Below are positions 1 to 16,687 of a DNA stretch of 64,000 bases, piece by piece. Each line of letters begins with the position of its first letter. Position 1 is the first letter of the stretch. The stretch is taken from NCBI RefSeq assembly GCF_009914755.1, contig NC_060933.1. The stretch is one strand, 5' to 3'. Position numbers and translations under genes: made by a program. Origin of the DNA: the human T2T-CHM13v2.0 reference genome, Homo sapiens. The notes beneath the pieces were generated by a model. That model did no database searches, was not told where the DNA came from, and worked only from the letters and a program-made list of their open reading frames with translations.

Positions 1-19
1 GCTTATAAGTTCATTTCCT

Positions 20-112
20 CCATAGATTGTGAGCCCCTGGAGGAATTTTAAGCATTAGCTCTCCAGCGTCTGACACCTTAAAAGTGTTAGATTAAATGTT
101 TGTTGAATGAAT
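20..112 (+). mobile_element. L2 LINE 3' end fragment
   Basis: tagattgtgagcccctggagg...taaatgtttgttgaatgaa resembles the L2 3' terminus. Confidence 0.6.
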
Positions 113-288
113 TAAAAAACTAACTAATGAGGCACAGAATGTCAGCACATTTAAGGGAAGGCAAGTAAAGAATAAAATTCAGAGGAGAAAAAATTAAGTC
201 TCTGGTTGAAAAAAAAAAAGAGATAGAATGATGCAGGGAGGTGGATTCAAATAAGGAAAGGGGAGGAGATCTGGTGCCAGTAGGACTC

Positions 289-408
289 TTTCCGGATACA
301 TTACGCCGCCATTTTTGGGAAGGTCCCTGAGAAGGGATGGGCAGGGAGAGTGTGCACACCAAGGAGAGACGTTGTTGCGATTCCTGATTGAATCGGAAGG
401 GCCGCGTT
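289..408. promoter_or_regulatory. CpG-retaining patch with YY1 and ETS motifs (candidate promoter/enhancer)
   Basis: GCCGCCATTTT at 305-315 (YY1 consensus), TTCCGG ~289-295 and CGGAAG ~394-399 (ETS cores), about 8 CpGs in 120 bp against a CpG-poor background. Confidence 0.35.
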
Positions 409-663
409 TACTACTCACTAGCTGTCTAATTTGGGGCAAGTTCTTGACCCTCTTTGGGCTTCAGGCTCTTAGTTTGCGTGGTGACAAAACTGGATTAGAG
501 GTCCTTGCAGCAGGGTAGAGAAGCAGAGAAATATAATTATGTCATAAACTGGCTGCATGCATCTTAGAAATACAGCATATGAATAACTTATTATTGTCAA
601 TACTAAAAATAACACATCAAATAAGTGCTTTTTATGAACCAAGCATGGCGGGTGGCTGGGTCT

Positions 664-687
664 GTGTGTGTGTGTGTGTGCGTGTGC
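664..687. repeat. (TG)n microsatellite
   Basis: tgtgtgtgtgtgtgtgtgcgtgtg seen directly. Confidence 0.9.
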
Positions 688-704
688 ATCCCTGCCCAAG
701 AAGA

Positions 705-840
705 TATGATATAGTCCTCACTTTAATGAAGGCAGAGATTGAGAGTCAAAGAAATTATAAAATATGCTCAAGCTCATGTAGCTAGTAAGTGGCCAAGCTG
801 GGATTTTAATTTAGGTCAGTCTGTCTCTGAAGTCCACATT
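705..840 (-). mobile_element. MIR SINE fragment
   Basis: gctagtaagtggccaagctgggattttaa...ggtcagtctgtctctgaagtcc resembles the antisense MIR core. Confidence 0.65.
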
Positions 841-1611
841 TAGGCACATTAAGAGCCCAGTGCCACTCCATTCCTCAGGAAATGTCCCTCAGAGGAACCT
901 GCTGTCATTTTGACTCAAAAAACCCTGGTGACTGCCCAACTCCCATGTTCAATCCTGCTCTGTCCAGTGTGACAGTCCCTGGAGAGAGGCTCCTCAGAGG
1001 TCCCTTCAGAAGGTTAGAAAACATTTAGCAGTACTACTATAGTGCTGCCTCTACAGCCGCCGCTGTGCCTGCTGCGGTCAGACCAGCAGCAGACTGCCTC
1101 AGGATGAGTAAACTGTTCCCCAGAAACCAATCTTTCCTGCTCCTCTCCCTTGTACACATTGAAGCAAAATCCCCTTGTTAATTCAAGAGGAAGCAAAATG
1201 TGACTTCACTGTCTCTAAGGCTGTCATTTGCCCATTCATTCAGTACTTATTTGCAAAAATTCTTTCCGGATGATATCAAATCTTTTTCCTACAGTGTCTC
1301 TAGCTACTCCCTCCCATATTTAAAATTTGCTTCCAAATATTGTATCAAAGATATCAATAGAAAATTAGTATAGAACGTAGGAGCTTTTAAATAAGTCATC
1401 CTCTGGCTGTGATCATTATATTCTAAATATCTTTAAATAAACTCTTTAAAGACTACCAGTATATCCATAGTCTTTTAAATATAATTAAATCTTATATATC
1501 TATGAATATATAAATGTCATATGTGTGCATGTATATACCTGTGTGCGAGGTAAATGTCAATATCTATATGTAGGTATCTTAATCACACACAAAGGAAAAG
1601 CTTATCTTGTT

Positions 1612-1901
1612 TGTTGTCATTGTTGTTGTTGTTTTGAGACAGAGTCGCACTCTGTCACCCAGGCTGGAGTAGGTGACATCATAGATCCCTGCAGCCTCCA
1701 ACTCCTCAGCTCAGGTGATCCTCCCACCTCAGCCTCTCAAGTAGGTGGGACTACAGGCACATGCCACCACACCTAGCTATTTTTTAAACATTTTTTGTAT
1801 AGATGTTGCCCAGCCTGGTCTTGAACTCTTGGGCTCAAGCACTCCTCTAGCCACAGCCTCCCAAAGTGCTGGAATTACAGGCATGAGCCACTGTGCCAGC
1901 C
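1612..1901 (-). mobile_element. AluJ-type SINE
   Basis: Antisense dimeric Alu with J-type features (ctcaggtgatcctcccacctcagcc; gggctcaagc), degenerate (TTG)n tail, TSD tatcttgttt on both sides. Confidence 0.9.
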
Positions 1902-1938
1902 TATCTTGTTTTTTGAGGAGTGGAACCTGGGTCAATAA

Positions 1939-2289
<351 letters not shown>

Positions 2290-2589
2290 TGCCATGTTTT
2301 TAAAGATAAGAACTTGTAAATATTTGTAAATGTTTTAAAAATATTTATTTGTGCCACCTTATGATATATTTGTTGGGCCTAGAACAAAAGGTAGTAGCAT
2401 GGTCTTGTGATATAAGGTGTTTTAAAGGAGCTTAACCACACTTTCTAAAGTAGTCACAGCCAACCCTGGTGAATGGACAATTGGAGTAAAGGTTACTTAA
2501 GGTGGTGGACAAGTTTGAGTAAGGTGACTAATTTCAAGAACAGAATAGAGTATTTTGCAGAGTCCAGTCAGGTAAATAGAACCCATTCC

Positions 2590-3010
2590 AGGTCATTCAA
2601 TAGAGGGAAGTGAATGTGATGAACTATTAAAGGCATAGAAAGAACTGAAGTAGCAAACGGTGTAGCAACTGGAGATTAGACACTGAAAGATGGCACTCTC
2701 ATTCTCAGGGCTGGATGGACAAAGAGAGGAGCCCACAAGAGGGGGCTGTTCACAGGCAGCTGGGTCCAACAAGGAGGCTGGCCAGATAGCTGCTGGAGCA
2801 ATGGAGGGGCGACAGCCACAGCCAGAGATGCTAACAGACACAGAGAGAGAAAGGAGGAATACTCTGGCTTCTTCCTTCCTCACATCCTTCAATCTCCCGC
2901 CAGAACCTACCATTGAAGAAACCTAAGAAAAAATCAAGGAAGCTCAGGAAACATATTTTGCAAGGGTCAGCACTCTGCAACACAGGGCAGGGCTGGCAAG
3001 TTGAGGGATG
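2590..3010 (-). mobile_element. Old ERVL LTR (LTR33-like)
   Basis: ccttcaatctcccgccagaacctaccattg...gggtcagc...cacagggcaggg resembles antisense LTR33; same family pattern as 45871-46345. Confidence 0.45.
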
Positions 3011-3085
3011 TGGCCAAGAACAAATGAAAAAGGACTGGCCTTGATTTTATCACTGAAAAACTAGTTAAAACCTTTCTTAATAATT

Positions 3086-3540
3086 TGCACAAGTATGTTT
3101 ATTGCGGCACTATTCACAATAGCAAAGACTTGGAACCAACCCAAATGTCCACCAATGATAGACTGGATTAAGAACATGTGGCACATATACACCATGGAAT
3201 ACTATGCAGCCATAAAAAAGGATGAGTTCATTTCCTTTGTGGGGACATGGTTGAAGCTGGAAACCATCATTCTCAGCAAACTATCGCAAGGACAAAAAAA
3301 CCAAACACCACATGTTCTCACTTATAGGTGGGAATTGAACAATGAGAACACGTGGACACAGGAAGGGGAACATCATACATCAGGGCCTGTAGTGGGGTGG
3401 GGGGAGGGATAGCATTAGGAGATATACCTAATGTAAATGACAAGTTAATGGGTGCAGCACACCAACATGGCACATGTATACATATGTAACAAACCTGCAC
3501 TTTGTGCACATGTACCCTAGAACTTAAAGTATAATTTAAA
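3086..3540 (+). mobile_element. 5'-truncated L1PA5-like LINE-1 3' end
   Basis: ORF2 C-terminus (MFIAALFTIAKTWNQPKCP) plus 3'UTR; 19-bp TSD aaaacctttcttaataatt at 3067-3085 and 3541-3559. Confidence 0.95.
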
Positions 3541-3624
3541 AAAACCTTTCTTAATAATTGAGATGGACATCTAGATGTAGATACTACTGTATATATTGCA
3601 TAAGCATACAGACTCTATATATAG

Positions 3625-3850
3625 GTTGCTGGTCCATGTGACTTTCATTTTCCCCTCAGGAGGGGGCATGTTGATCTCGAGTGTGTGACTTGCTTTGCCC
3701 AATGAAATATGAGTGGAATTGATGTATGCTTTGTCTGAACAGAAGCTATGAGCCATACATAGCTCTACCATGGTCTCTTTCCCTCTGCCACAAGATCTGT
3801 GGCATTCCAGATTAGATAACATGACCGTGTAATTTATTATCCAACCTGGG
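3625..3850 (+). mobile_element. MLT1-type MaLR LTR fragment
   Basis: gtgtgacttgctttgcccaatgaaatatgagtggaa...tctctttccctctgcca is typical of MLT1I/J. Confidence 0.6.
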
Positions 3851-4169
3851 ACACACATTCCTTACACTTTTTTGACAAATCCACAACTGAACCCATTGTT
3901 TTAAATATAGAAGTGCTTCATCTGAATAGATGTCTGGAGTTTGAAGGAAAAGATTCTGCATATTATTTGAAAATATAGCTAAATACTGTTTAAAAATAAA
4001 TTCATCTTCTGTTTCCCAGCTTTTCAGATGCCTGATAGTCATAGGCAAATAGAAGAAGAACACTCAACCATGTATTGAATGAAAATGGTTAAGGCCTCAA
4101 AACAGAGCCCCCAAGTTCGCACAATTAATCCAAGCTTTGAGATGAGTAAATTCTAATGGCACTTGTGGA

Positions 4170-4181
4170 TTTCCAGAAGTG

Positions 4182-4225
<44 letters not shown>

Positions 4226-4760
4226 AGCCATATCGCTCCCTTGCTTAGAAATCTCCCCTGGCTTCCGGCTATATCCAAGCATCCAAGCTTCCCAGAAGAT
4301 AAAAAACAGACTCCTTTGCTTGGCATAAAATCTAACCCCCATTTACTGTCCAGCTCTATTTCTGCACAATGCACCATATATCCCAGAAAACTAACTTCTC
4401 ACTATTATTAGTAAGTTGTTTTGCATAGATTCATGCGTTTCACATGCCCTTCCCTGCAGGCCAAGACTTTCCTCTCTACCTCTACTCACTCCTCTAGCCT
4501 CTTCTTGGCAAAATCTTACTCATTTTTCAAGTCCTGGTTCAAAGCCCCTTTTCTGTGAAGCCCTCTTAAGCAACTGCTCCCCGTGCTGCTCACTGTAGCC
4601 CCTACCACACTTCCTTGTAATTCTCCTGTCCATCCATCTCTTGCATTTGACCAAAGCTCCCCTACAACTATATCTGCTTTATCTTTGCATGCCAAGCGTC
4701 TGTTATGGAGGCCAGTACATTATAGGTCCTCTCTAAATACCTGTTGAATAAATGAATTAA
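4170..4760 (+). mobile_element. L2 LINE 3' region containing a 37-nt poly(A)
   Basis: cagaagtgatctt(A)n...ctcccttgcttagaaatctccc...ctgtgaagccctct...ctgttgaataaatgaa. Confidence 0.6.
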
Positions 4761-5249
4761 GAGTTTCTCTATTAACCTTCACATACTTCTCAGAAATTAT
4801 GAGATTCCCTGAAATCTATTAAGAATTCCACCTGCCCAAGTTTTAAACTCTAGATATTTACCTATGCCAATTACAGATATGATACTTTGTAATACTGTAT
4901 ATGGTTAAGTTTGGCCTGTTTCATGTAGGGTATTTAGAATAATTTAAGTTTAGAGCTAGAAAGAATCAGCGATTAGCCAACTTCCTTCAGACACAGATGA
5001 GGTGTGTTGGGCAAAAAGAGATTAAGTTAGAAGACCATGCTGCTAGAAGCCCCAAAACTAACCCAGTATTCTTTTTCTTCTACTATATTCGATTCTGGTT
5101 AGGGAGAAGTTGGATTATGTAAACATTCACGGAAGGAAATATGAAGAGAAAATAAAGCATATGGAAAATAATTATGCTTGATAATAATCAAATAAATATA
5201 AAGTAAGGTTCACTGGTATTATTTTAAACCTGCTAATTTTTAAAAAATA

Positions 5250-5939
<690 letters not shown>

Positions 5940-6817
5940 AAAAAGACATTCTTATAGAAAAGCATTGGAAGGCAATTTTTTAAACAGTTGCAATAGGGTT
6001 AGGATTATGGTTTTCTATTCTTATCAACATTTTGTAATGTTTCTATGACATATTTTCTCTAATAAGAAGCAGGTAGAAAGTAAATTCGTTCACCAGTGGG
6101 AATTGAAAGGGTACGAAGAGACACTATAAAACAGGTGAGTCATATGTGTTTTTGCCCCAAGCATGCATTACTCTGCAATGGTGGGAACAGAGTGAAGTCA
6201 AGAATTGTTGTCTTCTGTGGGAAGTCTGTTTAATTTGCAGGAAATAGTGGATAAGCAGAACTTACTAAAGAAATCTCACTCAATTTTGCTAAAGAGGGAG
6301 AATATGATTTGATTTTATGCTACCTTAATATTTAAGCAAGAGCACTGCTTTTCTTCGATTTCTGCCACCTATCATCAAGTCAACTATTTATAAAGAGACT
6401 ACTCAGTGCCAGGCACTGATCTTTAGAAACTCGAATCCTCATAACAATTGGGAAATATACTACCATACTACTTTTTATATTTCCAAGGGCAGATCGTAGA
6501 ACACTAGGCCTGCTTTCAAAATATCTTTCAGTTGAATTAAACCATAGGCCAAACTGATACATAGACAAATGATTGTTCCTATTACCTGAAGTAAGGGGAA
6601 AAGGAGCTCAAATCACTTGTCTTCCTGCCACATGCAACCACTCTGTTAGGCCTCTTACATATGTTCTCATTAAACCATAGCATGAGGTGGGTATATAGCA
6701 TAACCCCTATTTTGTCTCAAAACTCAAATAGCAAGGTCACAGATAGCTAAGTTATTCCTAGGCTAGACTCGAAGGCTTAGGAGTGCTTGGGACTTTCCTA
6801 ACATTTGGACTTCCTTG

Positions 6818-7028
6818 TAGTTATTCTCAAAGGAGGAGCGATTGGCATTTTGGACAGAGCACTTCTTTGTGCAGGACTGTCTGACAGATTGCAAGATATC
6901 CCGTATCCCTGGCCCCGGTTATAAAAGGCTTGGAGCATCACTCCTTGGTATTGTGACAACGAAAAATGCTCCTCCACTTCCAAATGTTCTCTGGGGTGGG
7001 AGGATTCCACCTTCATTAGAGAAACATT
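6818..7028. mobile_element. MER3-like hAT DNA transposon
   Basis: ggcattttggac...ggactgtc...ttgcaagat...atccctggcc...ttgtgacaacgaaaaatgcc...ttccaaatg. Confidence 0.65.
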
Positions 7029-8241
7029 AAGAGATTTTTTTAAAAAATTCATATTCATACCACCGATAAATGTTTATCAGGTCCCTTCTCCATGCCAGGC
7101 ACTTTGCTGGCATGAGAGATGTTTAGTGGAGAAGACTGACGTTTAAAGTGGTGTCACAAAATACAGCAAACTCTGCAACAAACCAACATGCCATGAGCAC
7201 AGAGAGGAAAATGCCTCTGTCTAGAGCATCTGGGCCAAGCTTGGTGACCTGTTACCGTGAAGTACCCCAGGAGAGTGCCAGATTTGCTATTCAAAGCCCT
7301 CCATTCATGTGATCAATCAGAATCTTAATTATTATCTCACTTCAGGCTTCTAGCTTTTTCTCACTAAGAATTAATTTCTCTGTATGAAAGATGGAAACTA
7401 TAATACTATCATCTGTCCTACCTACCGAACAGAGTTGATTCAGGGGAAAGCATTAGGGCGTGCTATGCACGTTTAGTAATGTAGCAGGGATTCGAGAGCC
7501 TAATTTGTGTTCTCTGCTGGGAATCAGGCATGTCTGGAAATGTCCAATGACTTGGCAGGGTAGGCAGCCTACTGGCATCTATTTTTAAGAAGTTGGTTTC
7601 CCTGGATTCTCATCTGAGCCCTGTGGAGAGAGAGGTTGTTTGCAGAGTCTGAGGAGGCTGTTGTCATAAGGGACTCTGTGAGACGCAGGGGCTCAAGCTA
7701 TGCTCTCTGGTACCCAGATAACAAACTAAAGCCCAGAGCTAGGGGCTGGGCAGGGTGGAGATAGGGCAGAAAACCTCTCCATCTCTGCTGTAAACACAGC
7801 ATGCCTGTAGTGCCAGAAGGAGTGCTGAGGACTGCAGAGGCCACAGCACCGCTTTAACTCCCAGGGCCATACTAGGTCCGTCACTAGCAGCAGCCACGTG
7901 AGGAGATGCCCACCTTTCGATGGCCTTATGGGCAGGAAACGTCAACCAGGACAGCCTGGAGTGAAAAATAAAAAGGCAACTGATTGTTAGACATAGGTGA
8001 GATAACATTCGTGTTATCTGTACGCTGGGTGAAGGTATTGACAATCGAAATGTGATTTATTGCTGTTAATGTGACCTCATTTATTCTCACAGGCTAGGAA
8101 AACTTAGGTTACTGTTATTTACTACGGTAAGAATGTATGTCACTGTGGCAGGAGGAGTGACAATGGCTGTCCAGAGGCCTGATCCTAGCACACATCACCT
8201 ACTCCCCACCAGGCCGGAGATTAGCCCTGACAGGGAGGCAC

Positions 8242-8269
8242 TGACGTGGAAGCCCATTGCCATGGAAAC
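8242..8269. promoter_or_regulatory. Adjacent CRE/UPRE-like site and RFX X-box
   Basis: TGACGTGG at 8242-8249 and ATTGCCATGGAAAC at 8256-8269 (13/14 to GTTGCCATGGAAAC). Confidence 0.4.
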
Positions 8270-8604
8270 CTGAATTTGGGATGCCTGCCTCTCAGTGGAC
8301 AGGGTATAGGAGACAGCAGTCTCCCCCAAACAACCTAATTCTTCGTAAATGCAAAATGAGCTACGGAGTGTTTATTGAAAGGAGTGGTGCCTGAAAATTA
8401 GTGCTTGACTCTTAATTTCTGAAACTTTCATGAACGCAGTGACTTCTGGACAGCCCAGGATGCTCATATGTGGTGGGGGTGAAAACTCACCCTCTGGGGC
8501 CTCCACAGGTGTTTTAAGAGCTAACACGTGGTCAATAAGCTTCCAGGCTAAGTAGCTGACTGAAAAAATGCTTCTCCCTCATAGAAATTTATTTGTTTTT
8601 CCCA

Positions 8605-9130
8605 CTGGAGCAGTCTATATTTTCCCAAGATAGCAACAACAGCATGTCCCATCCCACATACCCTTCTTACAGCGTGACCTCAACATTATTTCCACAGAAG
8701 GATGGGACCAGTACTCTCTCCTGTTGACTCAGGGCAAACCTTCAGGACTGCTTTAAATATTAATACAAAGTGCAGTAGAAATGGCCTCATCTCTTGGGTC
8801 TCTAGAAGTCTCCCTCTCTCTATCCCTTCCAGCTCCCCACCCCTAGTCCCAGAGACATCTCTGAAAATGCTGCCACTGCTGTCTCTCACCCTAGACCTCT
8901 AGGGGACCTGTACAGCCGGGTGCCAGGGGCCGTGTGACTTCCCAGGCTAGAGCATTAGAATGCCACGCACTTCTGCCAGCTCTCTCTAGACACTGACCCT
9001 TAGACCCAATCTGGGTGCTCAGAGGAAGTCCAAGCAGCCTGTGATGAGGCCCCCATGGAGAGAAACCAAGACTCCTAGCCCCCAGCCCAGAGAAGCTTCC
9101 AGACAATGTCCAGAACCTCCTTGCCAGCCT
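8605..9130 (+). mobile_element. MLT1F/G-type MaLR LTR (degenerate)
   Basis: attttcccaagatagcaacaacag...cccatcccacat...gtgtgacttcccaggctag...gaggaagtccaagcagcc...ggagagaaaccaagactcc. Confidence 0.55.
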
Positions 9131-10221
9131 CCTGAGTAAGGAATCCCGACATGGACCTCCCAGGTATTGCTGTCATCATTTCTTCCTCCTGCTAACACAC
9201 TGCTGCCCTCTCCATTGTTGCTATTCATGATACAGTCCACCTGTGGTCTGTATCATGTTGTCTTATTATAAAATGGGATTTTTTGCTTTCTAAATTCTAC
9301 TGGTTTGCACTTTGGAATTTGTGTTATCACAAAAACATGGATTTGGTTCATTAATTCTGGCCCTTCTTGAGGGAAAAATGCAGAACATGAGAAACACAAG
9401 ACATTACTTTGATGTCCATATTCTGAACGTCTTTCTAAAATTATCAAAGCCCTAAAGGGGGGCTTTTCTCTAAATGTACCACACCCTAGGAATGGAAAAT
9501 AATCCCTCATGTTGGCTTGATGTGTTGTAATGGAGGGCGGTGGGAGAGGTAGACAGAAGGGGTGGGATTTTTGATTTATCATCCGAGTCTCCTTCTCTTT
9601 CCACCTCATTTAATGTGATCCTTAGAAAGATATGTCCTTGTCTTGCACTCATTTAAAACAAAGACTCCTCTCAACAGTTTCCCCAATTTTAAGTTTGTGA
9701 AGTAGAAAAAAAAAAAAAAGCTGGTAAGATCTGCTGTTACACTAATTTCACTGATTCTTACCTGGTTTCAGAACCATGTTATTCTTCCTGCTGCATTTCC
9801 ACCAGCCATTTTCTTCTGCAACCTGTAGGTTTCCTGCAGAGGAGGACAATGGGCAAGTTAAGCGAGAGAGATGATTTACAAGGCTTTTTTCTTTTTGCTC
9901 TAATTTACAGGAAAATCGTCCTTGCATGGGAAGACAAACTAAAGCCCACATCACTGAAGGATTTGTCATGATGAAAAAGAAAATGAATAAAAACAGAATA
10001 TATTTTATATTAGTAATACCACATACATCTGATGATAGTAGTACACACACGCCTTGCATATCAGTAAAGATGCCTTTAAAAAAAACCTGAAAGAATATTT
10101 GCATTTATTTTAGATGGTACTTTTCCTCTGTTCTTTTGCAAGTGTTAATTTGTATGTTTCAGCTAGGATTATATTCTGCTACATAAATTTTTTTTAAAAC
10201 CTGAAAGAAAACACACAAAGT

Positions 10222-10402
10222 TATTTTATTTTATTTTAAGTTCTGGGGTGCATGTGCAGGATGTGCTAGTTTGTGACATTGGTAAACGTGTGCTACGGTG
10301 TTTTGCTGCACTTATCAACCCATCACCTAGGTGTTAAGCCCAGAATGCTTCAGCTATTTGTCTTGATGCTCACACCCCACCCTCCCCCAACAGGCCCCAG
10401 TG
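10222..10402 (-). mobile_element. Short L1PA (about PA8-PA13) 3' end
   Basis: ttttaagttctggggtgcatgtgcagg...cccatcacctagg...acaggccccagtg. Confidence 0.85.
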
Positions 10403-10712
10403 AAAGTTCTATTTTCTCATGTAGAAATCCAGAAATGAGCAGTCCAGGGCTGGTAGGGCAGCACTACAAAGAGATCCAGAATCAAGACACCTTCCATCTC
10501 CCTGATTTACCATTCTTAGCACAGAGCCTCTATCCTCAAGCTGGCTGCTGCTGCTCCGGCATCTTGTCTGGGATCCTGGAAACCACAAAAAGGAAAAGGG
10601 AAAGGGAAACTCACACAGTTTTCAGTTGAGTCAGCTCCATTTAGAAGGCTTCCCTGGAAATTTCATACAGCGGTTCTGCTTATCTCCCAATGGCCAGAAT
10701 CTAGCTACGTGA

Positions 10713-11075
10713 TATATTAGTTTGTTCTCATGGTGCTATAAAGACATATCTGAGACTGGGTAATTTATAAAGAAAAAGAGGCTTAATGGACTCACAGTTC
10801 CACATGGCTGGGAAGGCCACACAACCATGGCAGAAGGTGCAAGAGAAACAAAGCCACGTGTTACACAGCGGCAGGCAAGAGAGCGTGTGCAGGGGAACTG
10901 CCCTTTATAAAACCATCAGATCTCATGAGACTTATTCACTGTCATGAGAACAGCACGGGAAAACCCACCCGCATGATTCAATTACCTTCCACTGGGTGCC
11001 TCCAGTTGCATGTGGGGATTATGGGAGCTACAATTCAAGATGAGATCTGGGTGGGGACACAGCCAAACCACATCA
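10713..11075 (-). mobile_element. THE1C/D solo LTR (MaLR)
   Basis: tatattagtttgttctc...ggggacacagccaaaccacatca; 5-bp TSD cgtga at 10708-10712 and 11076-11080. Confidence 0.93.
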
Positions 11076-11819
11076 CGTGATCACCGCTAGCTGCAAGAAA
11101 TACATTAACATCACAGTTACAGAAGTTCTTCCCTTCTCCAACTTCCTTCACTGCTTATTGTCTGCATGACGTGACCTAAGACCACCCTCTTCTATTGTTC
11201 CGTGCTCCATGAACAAGAAGAATCCTTTACTGGAAATGTAGTCTTATTGGGTAATTAATTACCATATCCCTTTTACAGCATCTTTCATAGTTCTTGATAT
11301 GGGGTTAGAACACATTGTCGTACCCACAAATTATGGAGGTTCTATCTCTCATGAAAAGAAGGAGAATGGATATTGGATAGATAACTAGCAGTCTGACAGA
11401 ATAACATTAATGCTTGATGACTAATTCATCATATATATTATATTTCAATTTAATACAATTGAATATGTATATTTGGAGTGCCTCCTGTGTTCCAGATCCA
11501 AAACAAGAACTATAAACGGTATGGTAACAGCATGACACATGGTAATTAATTACCCTCACTGAACTTACAATTTTATTTTTATTTATTTTTATATATATAT
11601 ATTTTATTATACTTTAAGTTCTAGGGTACATGTGTATAACGTGCAGGTTTGTTACATATGTATACATGTGCCATGTTGGTGTGCTGCACCCATTAACTTG
11701 TCATTTATATTAGGTATATCTCCTAATGCTATCCCTCCCCCCTCCCCCCACCCCACAACAGGCCCCGGTGTGTGATGTTCCCCTTCCTGTGTCCAAGTGT
11801 TCTCATTGTTCAATTCCCA

Positions 11820-15603
<3,784 letters not shown>

Positions 15604-15666
15604 TATGATGTTAGCTAGTTATTTTGCTCATTAGTTGATGCAGTTTCTTCCTAGCCTTGATGGTCT

Positions 15667-16687
15667 TTACAATTTGGCATATTTTTGCAGTGGCTGGTAC
15701 CAGTTGTTCCTTTCCATGTTTAGTGCTTCCTTCAGGAGGTCTTGTAGGGCAGGCCTGGTGGTGACAAAATCTCTCAGCATTTGCTTGTCTGTAAAGGATT
15801 TTATTTCTCCTTCACTTATGAAGCTTAGTTTGGCTGGATATGAAATTCTGGGTTGAAAATTCTTTTCTTTAAGAATGTTGAATATTGGCATGCACTCTCT
15901 TCTGGCTTGTAGAGTTTCTGCCGAGAGATCAGCTGTTAGTCTGATGGGCGGAATTCCCTTTGTGGGTAACCCGACCTTTTTCTCTGGCTGCCTTTAACAT
16001 TTTTTCCTTCATTTCAACTTTGGTGAATCTGACAATTACGTGTCTTGGAGTTGCTCTTCTCGAGGAGTATCTTTGTGTCATTCTCTGTATTTCCTGAATT
16101 TAAATGTTGGCCTGCCTTGCTAGGTTGGGGAAGTTCTCCTGGATAATATCCTGCAGAGTGTTTTCCAACTTGGTTCCATTCTCCCCGTCACTTTCAGGTA
16201 CACCAATCAGACGTAGATTTGGTCTTTTCACATAGTCCTATATTTCTTGGAGGCTTTGTTCATTTCTTTTTATTCTTTTTTCTCTAAACTTCTCTTCTCG
16301 CTTCATTTCATTCATTTGATCTTCAATCACTGATACCCTTTCTTCCAGGTGATCGCATCAGCTACTGAATCTTGTGCATTCATCATGTAGTTCTCGTGCT
16401 ACGGTTTTCAGCTCCATCAGGTCATTTAAGGACTTCTCTACATTGGTTATTCTAGTTAGCCATTCATCTAATCTTTTTTCAAGGTTTTTAACTTCTTTGC
16501 GATGGGTTCAAACTTCCTCCTTTAGCTAGGAGAAGTTTGATTGCCTGAAGCCTTCTTCTCTCAGTTCGTCAAAGTCATTCTCCGTCCAGCTTTGTTCCAT
16601 CGCTGCTGAGGAGCTGCGTTCCTTTGGAGGAAGACAGGCACTCTGATTTTTAGAATTTTCAGCTTTTCTGCTCTGTTTTTTCCCCAT
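15667..16687 (-). pseudogene. Disrupted L1 ORF1
   Basis: MGKKQSRKAENSKNQSA at the N-terminus; FQPRISYPAKLSF...RPALQDLLKEALNMERNN at the C-terminus. Confidence 0.9.

Larger units (their letters stand above)
10153..11400 (-). mobile_element. MLT1J/K-type MaLR LTR, split by L1PA and THE1 insertions
   Basis: tcagctaggatt...gcagtccagggctgg...gctggctgctgctgctcc...ttctgcttatctcccaatggccagaa|...gctagctgcaag...gaaggagaatggatattgg. Confidence 0.6.

Noticed and set aside
10740-10760. THE1 LTR as a spliced first exon joined to the 9762-9833 candidate exon
   Set aside because: The usual LTR donor (ag|GTatgt) reads ag|ATatgt in this copy
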